In this document: positions 24,801 to 36,395 of the stretch, piece by piece
Layout: every line of letters starts with the position of its first letter
Position numbering within the stretch: position 1 is the first letter of the stretch
Origin: Podospora anserina
Taxonomy: Eukaryota
DNA: 64,000 nucleotides
Assembly: GCA_017654855.1 (NCBI GenBank)
Contig: CM030334.1
Span: forward strand, 2,604,001 to 2,668,000
Direction of reading: 5' to 3'
Translations under genes and position numbers: made by a program
The notes under the pieces: model-generated
Told to the model about the DNA's origin: nothing
Database searches by the model: none
The model's input: the letters and a program-made list of their open reading frames with translations, nothing else

Positions 24801-27304
24801 CTCCCTCCTCCGGGATATCCTCCTCTCCAATCTCGGGGATGGTCTCTTCCAGTTGACTATGGCGGCTGACATGGCTGTGGCTGCGCGAATGGTCGGCGAT
24901 GCTCCGGCTGGCCGTGCGCCGGTGACCGGCTCCGTTGGTGGCAGTGCCGTTGGCGGCTCCGACTTCGGCCTCGGGAGCCGGAGTTGTAGGCTGGATTTGA
25001 TCCAACTCGTATAACAAAGAGTCCAGCTTTCCAAGGCTGCGTTGCCGCTCCACCACCTGCTCCAGCCTGTCAATCTCACGCTGCATCAGCTCAGCATCCT
25101 GGTCAGCCTCGGCAAGGCGCTCCTCCAGGGTCGAGATGTAGTTCTCACACGCAGCCTCGTTTTCGCGGACCCGGGCAATTTCTTTGCGCAACTCCATGAT
25201 GATGGCTGTGTTCTTTTCCTCGCCTGACGTGTGGCCGTCCAACTTGGTCTCCAGGTCGTGCAGGTAGCTTTCGGTGTTGGCCTCGCGGTCCATGAGCTTC
25301 TGCAGCCGGGCCTGGAGCTGATTGTTGATCGTTTCGGCGTAGGCGCAGTTGGACTCTTTTTCCAGCAGAGATCCCTCGGTGCTGGACAGGGTTGCCCTGG
25401 TACTCGCTAGCGACTGTTCTAGAGACTGGATCGTCTTTTCGTACTCGAGCACAACCTGTTCCACCGCCTGCGCGAAGCTATTGGAGCGATTTAACCGCTC
25501 TGTGGCACTGTCACCCAGGTTCTTCTCGAGCTGGTTCTCCAACTGCTCCTCATCGCGAGCCCGCGCCAGCTCGGCAATGAGCTTCGCGTGCCGCTGGCTC
25601 AGAGCCGTATAGTTTTCCTGGGCATCCAGTAGCTGGTTCTGGAGTTCCACCTCCCGCTCACTCTGCCGCTCGGGCCTCTCGCCTGGGGCCAGGGTGCGTC
25701 GCTCTCCCCCGCCGCGTTCTGCACTCCGGATTTGCTCCCGCAGAAATGCTACTTCGGCCTTGAGACGATCGATTATGGCCTGCTTGTCCCCCTCCTCAAC
25801 CTGCTGGATCCGCGGCTTGCTCTGGATCGCTCGGGCCCTCTGCGCATATTGAACCGTATTCAACGTCTCGCTCAGGTGGAACTCGGCCGGCGTGACACAG
25901 GCAATCATGTACGTGATGGCATTCCCGCCCAGTGAGTCTTGGAGCAGTCGTGTTAGCTTCGAGTCCCGGTACGACACATGCGCCCCGGCCTGTCGCGAAG
26001 ACAGCTGCGAGATAACCTTGCCGAGTGCTGCCAGACCAGCATTGATCGAAATACCCTCCTTTGCCCGCTCTCCCTGGGCGCCCGTGTTCTTGAGACGCTC
26101 GCTGCCGGCTAAATCCACGAAATGCATTTTGCTGTCGGTCGTTACCAGAGATTCGCTCCCAGACAAGCCCTCCACCGGCATCGACATGCGCCTCTCTGCT
26201 CCCGTCATCGGCTTGCTCTTCTTTTGCACCAGGTTCAAGCTGAATACGGCATGGGAGCGCGACGATCGGGCGTTGATCGCTGTCGCATCCGTCTGTCGAA
26301 CTATCGATCCTTGCTCCAGCACATGCATCAGGTCGTCCACCGAGTTGACTTCCACCTGTCGCAAACCGGTCAAAAGAATGTTACCCTTGACGTCTTCGCG
26401 AATCGTGACGGCTCCCCGTTCATGAAATGGGATGGTATCGTCGACCAACAGGTCTCTGAGCTGCTCGTTGTAGATCTCGACATATGACGCGCGCAAGGTC
26501 CAGTTCTTTTCCGCCCCTTTCGTGAAACTGACAGGCGGGTTCGAGAACCGAGCTGGTGTTCGGAGCTGTGACATGGAACTGCGGTTAGGGTTGATCTTTG
26601 GACCTTCCAACCGTTCAAACAGCGCAGTGGCGGCGCGTGGGATCACACCTGAATATCACAGTCAGCACCGTCTAGCAGTTGGCGCGGTTTGGGGAGTATA
26701 CTCACCCATTTGCTCCAGACTGTCCTGGTCACCCGCTGTGCCCATCGTGTAAGATTTGCCCGCGCCGGACTGGCCGTACGCGAGAAGGGATACATTGTAC
26801 CCCTGGGTAAAGGCGTTGACTCCCTCGTCTAGATACTCCCATATTCCGGCCTGGCCAACTTCGGGGCCGAACACTCTATCAAAGACAAAAAGCTTGCGGC
26901 CCTGCGGTGACTCGATCGACAGGCTCGTTGGCGAATGCACCTGGACCATGGATCGCTGAAACCGCTGAGGTATAAGCTCGAAGCCCGGGTCTTCGGGCCT
27001 TAGAGGTGGGCGCACGCGAACCACTGCTCAACATGTCAGAAATGCAGGTGTCCGTGGCAGCGGTGGCACGCGAGACACACAGTCGGTGGACGGCGTGCCG
27101 GGGGTTCACCAAGCGGGATCCGAGGTATGCTGTGTACTCACCAACTTTGACGGCGGTCTTGGATTCCTCGTCCGAGGCTCTGCTTCCTCCGGCCGACTTG
27201 CCCTGCATGCTCATGCGGCTGCTACTTCTCGGAGCCGGGCGGACCATGGCGCTCATTGGCCGTGCAGGCAGTGTGCCCGGCGACGCTGGTGGTGAGCTTG
27301 CCAT
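21843..27304 (-). CDS. Kinesin-4-like (KIF4/KIF21-type) N-terminal motor with a very long coiled coil (~1743 aa)
   Basis: Exons 27304-27142, 27023-26706, 26648-22459 and 22403-21843. Motifs VKVVVRVRP, AYGQSGAGKSYTM (P-loop), NARSSRSHAVF, FVDLAGSER and HVSYRDSKLTRLLQDSLGG. The subfamily is inferred from motor sequence style (EGISINAGL.ALG.VIS.L). Confidence 0.92.
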
Positions 27305-28499
27305 AACAGCGAAGCGGGACTGGGGGCGTGGAGCTCTAATAAGTAGTAGGTCTCGATCTAATCAATCGACTTGAACCGGCGCGGTGGGACGGGCCACTCG
27401 ATTTTTGCCGCAGTCGTCCTTGAGCTCGTACAGGTAGGTACAGCTAGGCCCAATCGTGGAACGTGTGACGGGACGAACCGTCTCTCGGTGGTTAAAAGGG
27501 AAGAGGCAGAAGAGGCAGAAGCAGAATATTCGTCTGTCTGTCGAATAGCAACGACCCCGCAAAAGGGCTTATGCTTCTGCACTCGGTCGTCTGGCAGGCG
27601 TCATATGTTTTGTCGTTGGAAATTCGTGAATTCTCCTGTGTGTCGTCGGCGGGTATTCTGGGGGAGTTGCTGTCTGATGCCAGGGGCGCTTGGAAGGTCC
27701 CCTTGTTTATTTGATTGCACCGACAAGGGTGGCGCAAATTACAAACGCGTCCCCTGAAGCTGCGCCGGGGGGGTTGACTGGGGCCGATTGGGGTCCCTGG
27801 AGTCGCTTCGCTATAAAGTTATCGACTCCGGATGCGAACCGGGACGTCACGATCGCACAAAACGCAACGTCGAGAGCCTCTCGCTTCCAGGCTGGTGAAT
27901 TTTTTTTTTTTTTTTTGGTGTTTCGTTCTCCTTTTTTTTCTGTCTTTCGCTCTGCCAGTCAATGGCTTGTTAGTCGCTGTATGTGTTTTCCTGGTGGCTC
28001 GATGCGGTGAGACGGCGGCTCAGGAGAAAACTCTGAAGATTTTCCCTTCAGCTGCGAGCTCAGGTTTGTTGGCGAGAGAGGTACCGAGCAGCCCACTCAG
28101 AAGCCAGAACAAGCAAGCAGTGGCAAGCAGTGGCAAGCAGTTGATGAACACACAAATAGATATTGCAGCAGCAGAATAATAATGACAGCTCTTTCACTCA
28201 CCGTTTCCCTCAGCAGCAAACTTCTCCCACAAACAGCTGCCCTGCGGAATTTGTCAGTTCTCTTCCAGTCCTTCAGTGTCACCACACAGGCCGTGTTGGG
28301 GGTGCCCGAGGCGGGACGGCCTTGCAGCGTTAGCTCGAGTAAACCCAAGCAACCAGATGCCAAAAGGGGACTAGCTCCCAGTGCGCACATCAGACGGCGG
28401 CTTCCCTCCGTTCTGGGGACGCGGTGCTTCCCCTGTAAAGGCCGAACGCTCTGGCCACCAGGTGACAGCTGGGCTTCCTATGGTAGACCTGACTCCGAC

Positions 28500-29400
28500 T
28501 CTACGGATATTTCAAAGTCACCGGTGGACTCGGCCGCCGAGGTCCAAGGTGGTGAAAGACGAGACAACACCCATATATCGGACATTCCGTCTGTTCCCAG
28601 CAACTTTGGACATGACGATCTGCCTTTCCAGATCTTGTTTGTGTGCTTCCATGTCCACAGTGGAGTCTGGGATGAGCTGCATCTGAACTTCTCGCCCAGA
28701 GGTGCAGCACAGGGTTGCAACTTCTCCTGGATTGGACGAATTTAGCTGCAGAACAAGGCACCAGTTTTCATCCACTCACTGTTTGGGGGAACACCATCTG
28801 CAGGCACAACACCACTATTCGGCAGCACCATCCAATGATGGACTAGTTTCTACCTTCTACGCCTCTTCCTCCAGACCTCGATAATCTCATCGGTATCTTC
28901 AGAAGGGGCCACAAGACGGAACAGGTTACAGACGGCAAACATAATCGGCCTGTTATCGTCAGTGTCAACCCCCACCTAGCATCCCCCAACTTGAAGAAGC
29001 AAAGTTGCACCATACCATTCGCATTCCAACAAGATAAGATCACCAGACGCAGCAAAGATTTGCTCAATCAGGTGCCCCAGCCCCTCTTTTGGCCACCAGT
29101 CAGACGCTTGATAGCTCCGGCTGCCGGGCCCAAAGATATCCGTCCCGGCTGGCCGGTGCGGTACGGGACGGCTTACCTTGCTTACCTAGGTCCTCCTCCC
29201 GTCCCCAAGACCACACAAGCCAGACCCTAGGTCCGGAGCTGTTGGTCCATCCTCACCCCCCAATAGTCCGGTCCGGAGAAATCGGTGATGTACATGTGCC
29301 TCAGCAAATAACCGCAGCGGAGAATTCCTCTTGATGGTTAAAAATGTCCAGCTGTCACCCGTCAGTGTGATCAACTCCATGTTCAAAGTGTCCGCACTCA
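28500..29400 (-). pseudogene. Possible multi-exon orphan gene or decayed gene
   Basis: Intron 29015-28950 (GTATGG...ACTGAC...CAG) joins two open frames in phase, giving ...GHLIEQIFAASGDLILLECEW|PIMFAVCNLFRLVAPSEDTDEIIEVWRKRRR. Further intron-like segments at 28853-28798 and 28779-28727. No clean start or complete model found. Confidence 0.3.
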
Positions 29401-30628
29401 AACAGGACAGCTGATAGGCGGGACCACAGTTTCAGAATCTCTGGTTTTGCAGCACATCGCTCAGCAATGCCGCCGACATGCAACGCCTTGACCCCTTTTC
29501 CTTCATGCAAAGTCTACAGAGTGTAGAACCCATGCATAGAACTCCAGTTACAACCAAGCTTGATGAGTTTCTAAAGAGACACGGCATATAGCTTCATGGA
29601 TCATGAAACCATGACATATGTTTCTCTCTTGCAATATATACTGCCATACAAACTGATCCCTTCATAATCCCGCTGTCATCCTCCTCGGTCTCGAACTCGT
29701 CTTTCACACCCGACAGACACGCCTGTGATACCCCATGGGGAGAGGCCACCGGAGACTTACTAGTCTCCCCCCTCCTCACCGGCGTTCCCATCGGAGCGGA
29801 GCGGTGCCGTATTCCCGCTGCCCGGAACCCGGTCCGATAGCAAAGGAACGTTTCTTTCCCAAAGCAGAAATGTTTTGGAAATCCCTCTCCCCCTTCAATT
29901 CAACCCTTGAGACATGTGCGCTCGGTTCTTTGGTGTGGGGAAGAAAACGGCCGTGCGCACGGACGGTATCTGCAAGAGGTCGAGACCCAATATCCATCAC
30001 GACATCAGGACCAACTTTAGAAATTGCCTTTTTCCAAGGCGGAGAGCGGCGAGAAGTTCATCCTTCTTCTGATAGTGAGAGGAGAGGAGGTCCGAGCAAT
30101 GACCACTGTGGTAAGTGATCACCAATCATGGCGTAGATCGACCACGTGCGATTATTTCCCGAATGGTTGTTTTATCTTAGCTCTTCCTATTCTCCGCCCT
30201 GGAGACCTCCGTACGGCCGTACATGGCTTGCCTTAGAGACGGATGAGGAAGGTAGACACTCGGAATATCTGCAGCTAGCAGAATGGAGATGTTGAGGAAA
30301 TTATTGGCATTGAAATGGGGTTTGACAGGTGAAACTTCTAAACTTGACATTGACGACCGTTGAAAGCGGGGTTTATTCTTGGAGAGCCGACAGGGGTGGC
30401 AGGCAGTTAAGCTTTTCACGTGATATGGCGCTAGGTTCGCGCACTTCATGGCGCGTCTCTTTAGCTAACGAGAAACTGTCTCGACTCCAGAACGTCGGCC
30501 TTGTGTTGTTGCCCCCCGACGTCATTTAAACAATGGCCGGCACTTGAGGGTCCCCAGAAACTACACTATCCCACAAGCAACACATGACGTTACAAGGATC
30601 TCTTGGTTGCGCCTCTGCCTCATATACG

Positions 30629-32833
30629 ATGACCGAGATTGTCGATCTTCTCTCGAGCTCTCCGCCTCGGCCACCCACAGCTCGCCAACCATCTCTCCCG
30701 GCTGCAGGCTCCAAACGGCCCCCACCTAGGGAGAAATCACCAATTATCGAAGATGCCCTCTTCGTCTCGGACGATGAGTTGGCAGCTAACCCAGTGGTTG
30801 GAACTGGGTGGTCATGGAAAGGGCCTAACGCAGAAGGACCAGCGACCAAGAAGCGCCGGATAAGCGCAGCAGACTCAATCGTATCGAGTCCAAAAAGGAA
30901 CTCTCCGTCGTTGGCAGCTTCGATTCCTTCACCTTCTGCGCAGCCCATGGATCAGCAACGGAGTAGCTCTGTCCCTAAAGGAGTAAAGAACATTGGAGGA
31001 AAGTTCTACCGACCCGGGCTTGATGATTCGGAAGGTGAAATGGATGATGACCCTTTCCGAAGCCCGTCACCTAAGGGGAAAGAGGTTGCATCTACGCGAA
31101 GGGGATTCGACCAGCCAGAAATAGACCTTTTGTCTGACGATGAACCGGACAGTGACCCTTTCAGATGTTCGCCACCTAGGGGCAAGGAGACTGCATCAAC
31201 ACGGAGAGGTCTTGACCAGCCAGAAGTGGACTTTCTGTCTGACGACGAGCTTTTTGTGAGCGAGACACCCCATGATAAGGGGAAACAGCCGATGCCAGCT
31301 GTACCGAAGCGGAATCTTATGGCGGAGGATATCATCTCAAGCTCGCCGGCGCTGACGCAGCGAGCAAAGAGCACACTCAGCAAGACTGCTGACTGGGGTC
31401 CTATCTCGAGCTCGGCGCCCATTCCAGCCTCTGATATTGGCCACCCGCCGGAGCCATCTCGTCCCTTCCGCAAGACTCGATCAGAGGTCATTTTGCTTGA
31501 CGATTCTGACGACGCCATGGATGATGTGGACTCCGATAAAGACGATATCCCTGATATTATGGACCTTGCCAGTTCCAAGCGAAAAACCACCTCTGGGTCA
31601 ACCTCTAAGCGGCCGCCGACAGTTACCAAATCAAGGAACAAGAGGTTCACCACAGGTGTCTTATCAGCCAATGCTGTTGACCTCCCAGATGAGGAGAGAA
31701 AAACGCAACAAACGAAAACCCCCGCCGAAAAAGCAGCAGAGAAAGCAACCAAAGCCGCCGCCCTCGCCGCCGAAAGAGAGCGCAAGCGTCTCGAGAAAGA
31801 AGCCGCCAAAGAAGCCAAAGCCTTTGAAAAGAAAAAAGCAGCCGCCCTCGCAGAAGTGAACAAACTTCGCACCGACAAAAAGGTCTCTACCCCCGAAATG
31901 ATTGTTGACCTCCCCATCGGCCTCAACCCAACCATCAAAATCCAGGCCAAGGAACTTCTAAAAGACCTCTCCGTCCAAGTCCAATCCTCCCGCTCCCCGG
32001 TTGACAACATCGTCCGCTGGAAGCGAGAGGTAGACGTGGAATACAACCCTGCCCTTTCCATCTGGGAACCTGTTCCCCATCGAATCGACACGGAGAAGTA
32101 CGCCATGGCTATCATGCCCGCCGCTCGGTTTGTGGAGTTATGCCTCTCCCCATCCACCCCAAACCTGGACTCGCATGTTTCCTCAATGAAGTCCAGTTTT
32201 CCCGGATTTACCTTGATCTACCTAATCGAAGGCCTAAACCCCTTCCTCCGCAAGAACAAGTCCGCTCGAAACAGGCAGTTTGTCTCCGCCGTCCGTGACG
32301 GGCTCGATCCCCCTTCTAGCACCCAGCCCAACCGGCCGGCCAACAACAACCAAAAAATAATCAACGAAGACCTCGTCGAGCAATCCCTCCTCCAGCTACA
32401 GCTTGTTCACTCAGCTCTCATCCACCACACCAACGCCCCGATTGAAACCTCGCAGCAAATCGCCGTTTTCACTCAGCACATCTCCACTGCGCCGTACCGG
32501 CGGTTGAGGGATCAGACGAATGACACCCAGGCGGGGTTCTGCATGGACTCTGGGCAGGTCAGGACTGGGACCGAGACGAAGGATATTTATGTGAGGATGC
32601 TGCAGGAGATTGGGGGGGTCACGAAGCCGATCGCGGTGGGGATTGCGCAGGAGTATGGGAGCGTGAGTCGGTTGAAGAGGGTGATGGAGGAGGAGAGGCC
32701 GTTGATACGGGAGACGGTGAGGAAGGGGACGAATAGGGATGGGGGGTTTAGTGATCGGGCGATTGGGCAGGCTTTTAGTAGGCGGGTGCATAAGATATTG
32801 CTGGGGAGGGATGGGGGGAGTAGTGATATTTGA
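30629..32833 (+). CDS. EME1: EME1/MMS4-type non-catalytic subunit of the Mus81 structure-specific endonuclease (ERCC4 domain)
   Basis: Acidic disordered N-terminus, K/E/A coiled coil, EVNKLRTDKKVSTPEMIVD, LIYLIEGL, LLQLQL.H, FTQHISTAPY, and C-terminal HhH-like MLQEIGGVT..IA.GI. First ORF ATG is 30584; 30629 (MTEIVDLLSS) is preferred. Confidence 0.85.
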   Translation: MTEIVDLLSSSPPRPPTARQPSLPAAGSKRPPPREKSPIIEDALFVSDDELAANPVVGTGWSWKGPNAEGPATKKRRISAADSIVSSPKRNSPSLAASIPSPSAQPMDQQRSSSVPKGVKNIGGKFYRPGLDDSEGEMDDDPFRSPSPKGKEVASTRRGFDQPEIDLLSDDEPDSDPFRCSPPRGKETASTRRGLDQPEVDFLSDDELFVSETPHDKGKQPMPAVPKRNLMAEDIISSSPALTQRAKSTLSKTADWGPISSSAPIPASDIGHPPEPSRPFRKTRSEVILLDDSDDAMDDVDSDKDDIPDIMDLASSKRKTTSGSTSKRPPTVTKSRNKRFTTGVLSANAVDLPDEERKTQQTKTPAEKAAEKATKAAALAAERERKRLEKEAAKEAKAFEKKKAAALAEVNKLRTDKKVSTPEMIVDLPIGLNPTIKIQAKELLKDLSVQVQSSRSPVDNIVRWKREVDVEYNPALSIWEPVPHRIDTEKYAMAIMPAARFVELCLSPSTPNLDSHVSSMKSSFPGFTLIYLIEGLNPFLRKNKSARNRQFVSAVRDGLDPPSSTQPNRPANNNQKIINEDLVEQSLLQLQLVHSALIHHTNAPIETSQQIAVFTQHISTAPYRRLRDQTNDTQAGFCMDSGQVRTGTETKDIYVRMLQEIGGVTKPIAVGIAQEYGSVSRLKRVMEEERPLIRETVRKGTNRDGGFSDRAIGQAFSRRVHKILLGRDGGSSDI

Positions 32834-33106
32834 TGGGGGGGTGTGGAGGGGATGTGAAGGCGAGCGTGTGTAGTATTATATATATGTGTGTGAGTTGGAG
32901 GATCTTGAAAAACACAATGGGATACCACCACCACAGAGTTAGGATATTTCTTAGATTATCAACATTACAATAATCTTATAATACCATCATGTCAAGCTAA
33001 TCTCACTTGTCAAATCATGCTCCTTTGCCAGCCTCAATCTTCCGCTCCAATTTACTCCTGCCCCCAATGCCAACAAACAGTGTTTAAAACAACCCGCTCC
33101 CTCAGC

Positions 33107-35304
33107 TTACTTTCCCCCCTCCCCCATCAACCCCTCAGCAGCCTGCACCACGACCTCCACCACCTCCCTCCTCTTACTCCCCTTAGCACACTCCATCAAC
33201 GCCTCCACCGCCCCCCCCTCCACCAACTTCCCCCTCGCCAGCCTCCCCACCTCCCCCTCAGAAAAAACCATATTCCTCACCACCACCGCCCCCCGATGCC
33301 TCAAATCCTCCCTCTCATCCCTACAAAGCCCCAACACAACCTCCACCCCCCTCTCCAGCCCCATAACCGCCCTCACCACCTCGTCAAACCCCGTCAAACT
33401 AGCCAGCGCGCCCCCCGCCGCGCTCCTCGTCTTGGGGTCCTCCGCATCAGCCAAAGCAACAATAACCTTGACCCTATTCTTCGCCTTTGGACTCCCATCC
33501 CCAAACAACGCAAGGGTTTGCTCCGGGTCCTGAACCAAATTGCACACCAACTCCACCGCTGCCGTGCAGACCCTCGAGTTGGGATTAAACAGTTGTTCTT
33601 CTACATCATCCCACGCCGTCCGAATAATAGACTTTCTCGTGTCATCGTCCGTAGAGGCGAGGTTGGTGAGCGCCATAAGCGACTCAAACGTAGGCAAGAG
33701 GTCCCTCCTGTCCGCGGTGGGGTCTGGGGTGAGGATAGACGCCAACGGTCTGATAGCCGCGCTCTGCGGGATCGGTCTCGTGCCCCCAAACACAAGCGCC
33801 GGGTTGGTAGAGATCAAAATCCTCGCTAGAGCCTGGGCAGCCGCACGTTTAGGTCCGTTTTCCGTTTCTGGGAGGGCCGTCCATGCGGCGATGAGGAGAC
33901 GGACAGCCCCCTGCTGTGCGAGTTGACCGCGGAGAGGGGGAGGGGTGGAAAGGGCGTGGATGATGGATATGATTAACGCCAAGGAGGCCGCAGAACCACT
34001 CTTGCTTTGCTTGATAAGGACTGGTGTAAGCCCAGCCTCGAAAACGCGTTTGCATCTTTCTGTGACGTGCTCGTCTTCGTTTAGCGGGTCAACCTGCTGT
34101 AGTTTTCCAGCAGCGTTGGCATACGCCTTGAGCTGCCGTATCCTTTTCTCTTCGTCTGTTTCGATGGGTCGGTATCTGGTCAGATTGGTAAAAATGCTGA
34201 GCGCGCCGTAAATCATCGGGGACCTGGGAGGGGCTTCATCGAGAGCCTTGACAAGACGTTTCAGTGTCTTGGAGTCTTTGGACAAACTTTCCTTCACCTT
34301 GGGTTGGAGAGACGCGTAGGCTAAGCCCTCGATCGACGGCTGGACATGCTCGATTTCATCTTCGTCTAGCAGCATCCTGGTGAACCGCTTAGATAAGTCC
34401 TCGATGCTAGTCGTCGCCGGTTGTATCCTGGCTTCCGGGCCGGCGGTGGCTGCGGTAGATGGAACTGCCTTCAAGCGTGATGTCAGCCAGACATCATCAC
34501 CATGAAAAGGCAGCACAAAATACGTCAATAAGGGGGAGTAAGGATGTGTTGGCTGACCCTCAGTTTCGCCAGTACCACTGCTGCGAGGTTCTGGACTTGC
34601 AGAGAGTGTCGTCTCATAGAAATAGATCCCTCCTGGAGGTGCATGTCAGGGTCGACCGTATGCATGGACTTGACGGCGTCGTCGGGATCCTGCTCGACGA
34701 TCTCCTCAAGCCACTCTGTGCAGTACTTTTGGACAGCCTCTCGGCAAGCCGAGTTCATGCAGGCGGCATTCAACATCTCCAAGCACGCCGTCTCGACCTT
34801 TCTGCTTTTCCATTTCCGCCTCATAAGCGGGCCTAGACTGGCAAGAAAACCTTCACTCAGGAACAGCTCGGATGTGAGATCGGGTACAATAGGGAAGATG
34901 GTGGCAGCGACGCAGAAGGCAACAATGTAGTCATCGTAGGTCCCCCGTCGGACTCGGTCATGGAAAAACTCGGCCAATTTCTTGCCGCCATCCTCGCCGG
35001 CAGCTTTGAGGTATGCAGAGGTACATAGTGCGGCGTGGGCGCGTACAACGTCGGGCTGTCTCATGTCGAGGTAACATAGTATGGTATCGACACAGTCGCT
35101 ATCAATCACAGTCGTGACAGATGTCTCGCCCTTCTTGGTAACCTCGACGTCATCGTTAAGAAGTCGTGTTAGTTCGCCGAGTTCTCTGACAGTCTCTTCG
35201 TCCTCCTTTCCACCTTCCATAAGACCTGCGAAGATGAGCAGTGTCTGATCCAGCCTTCCCAGAGGCTCGGGCGCCGCCGCGGCCGCTTCGGCTACGGTAG
35301 CCAT
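33107..35304 (-). CDS. cro1: CRO1, UCS-domain myosin co-chaperone (She4/Rng3/UNC-45 family), 702 aa
   Basis: Exons 35304-34558 and 34468-33107 (intron GTCAGC...GCTGAC...AAG). UCS motifs SIEGLAYASL, RGQLAQQGAV, AAQALARILISTNP and FESLMALTNLAS. Confidence 0.95.
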
Positions 35305-35820
35305 GTAATTTGTTTGTGACTGATGTTGATGTGTGTTGAAGGTTGGTGATTTTGTGGCTGCAGTAGTGCAAATGTTAATCTTTGGAGGATAAGGTTTGGT
35401 AGGGTCTGGTTAGGCCGGTGGCGGGTAGGTTTTTGTCAAAGGGATGGCAGGTGTCAGACAAGATGTAGGCGTATAGATAGGTGAGATAAGATGAATCGAA
35501 ATCAAACGTAGGATTCAGGTGCTTATCAATCGCAGGCGTCGAGGATATGGAAAAGTGGAATAAAAGGGCAGAGGATCGACCAGACCCGGAGTAACGTGAC
35601 AAAGTGTCCAGAGCCCGCCAATCTGGAAAGTTAACCTCGAATCTGTCGTGACACGAGAAAGAGCCGTCCTCTGGGGATGGCAGTTGCCCCTCGATGCTGG
35701 CTGATGGAGCTCTCTCTCCTTTAGCATCTGATTGCGCCCCCACCCCTACGAATAGCGGCCCAAGCCAGCTTAGCGCCATCTCTATTGGAGGGGTGCGTGA
35801 ACAAAATAATAGGACTCCAA

Positions 35821-35993
35821 CATGCCTCGAAAGTCAATGAACAGATCTCAGATGATGATCAGCAGACCTTTTAACTCTCTTTCAAGGCCTCTTAACTATT
35901 TTTTAATGCCTTTCAACTTCTTACAAGACCTTTATTAACTATTCGAGGTCCTTTGACTATATTGACGGCCTATTCACTATCTTTGAAGGTCCC
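35821..35993 (+). repeat. Dispersed element, copy 2: CATGCCTCGAAAGT head plus about 7 degenerate 20-21-bp units
   Basis: Units start at 35864, 35885, 35906, 35926, 35946, 35966 and 35987. Confidence 0.72.
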
Positions 35994-36395
35994 TATTTTC
36001 TTGTCCACAACGTGGAGGGGTACCCCGAAGCGGTCTTAGCCTCACGTGGAAGCGCGATGCCAGCCAGGATCGACCAGGGTTTCTTCTTGACTTTTTATCT
36101 TCGGGACGCGTTCCATCGCAATTGAGCGAGAATACGCGACGGACCTTCCCTGCCAAGTTCAATGTATTCGAGCAAAGACGGCCCACTGAAAATCGACTCC
36201 AGCTGAGTAAAGCCTTGCGCGCCACTTCAACCATACGTGACGTGACGTCTTGACGACTACCTTATCTATCTACGAATTGCGGTTTACCGAACAGGACATA
36301 TTTGATCCAACCCCTCATCGATTTCAAGTGCCACTGCTCTGACGAAGAACTCAATCCAAAACACCTCGCCGCGCAGCGGGAACGGCTCGAAAAGA

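Noticed and set aside
28518-29520. Peptide fragments (LHVGGIAERC, TTLDLGG) reminiscent of an O-methyltransferase
   Set aside because: The motifs are short, lie in incompatible frames and lack the GxG continuation; a family call is not supportable without a search.
29560-29660. TGATGA...CTGA spacing like a box C/D snoRNA
   Set aside because: No terminal stem or recognisable rRNA-complementary guide; such short motifs occur by chance.
36100-36250. ACGCGT and ACGTGACGTGACGTC (MCB/CRE-like) sites upstream of TFB4
   Set aside because: Short common motifs; function cannot be supported from sequence alone.
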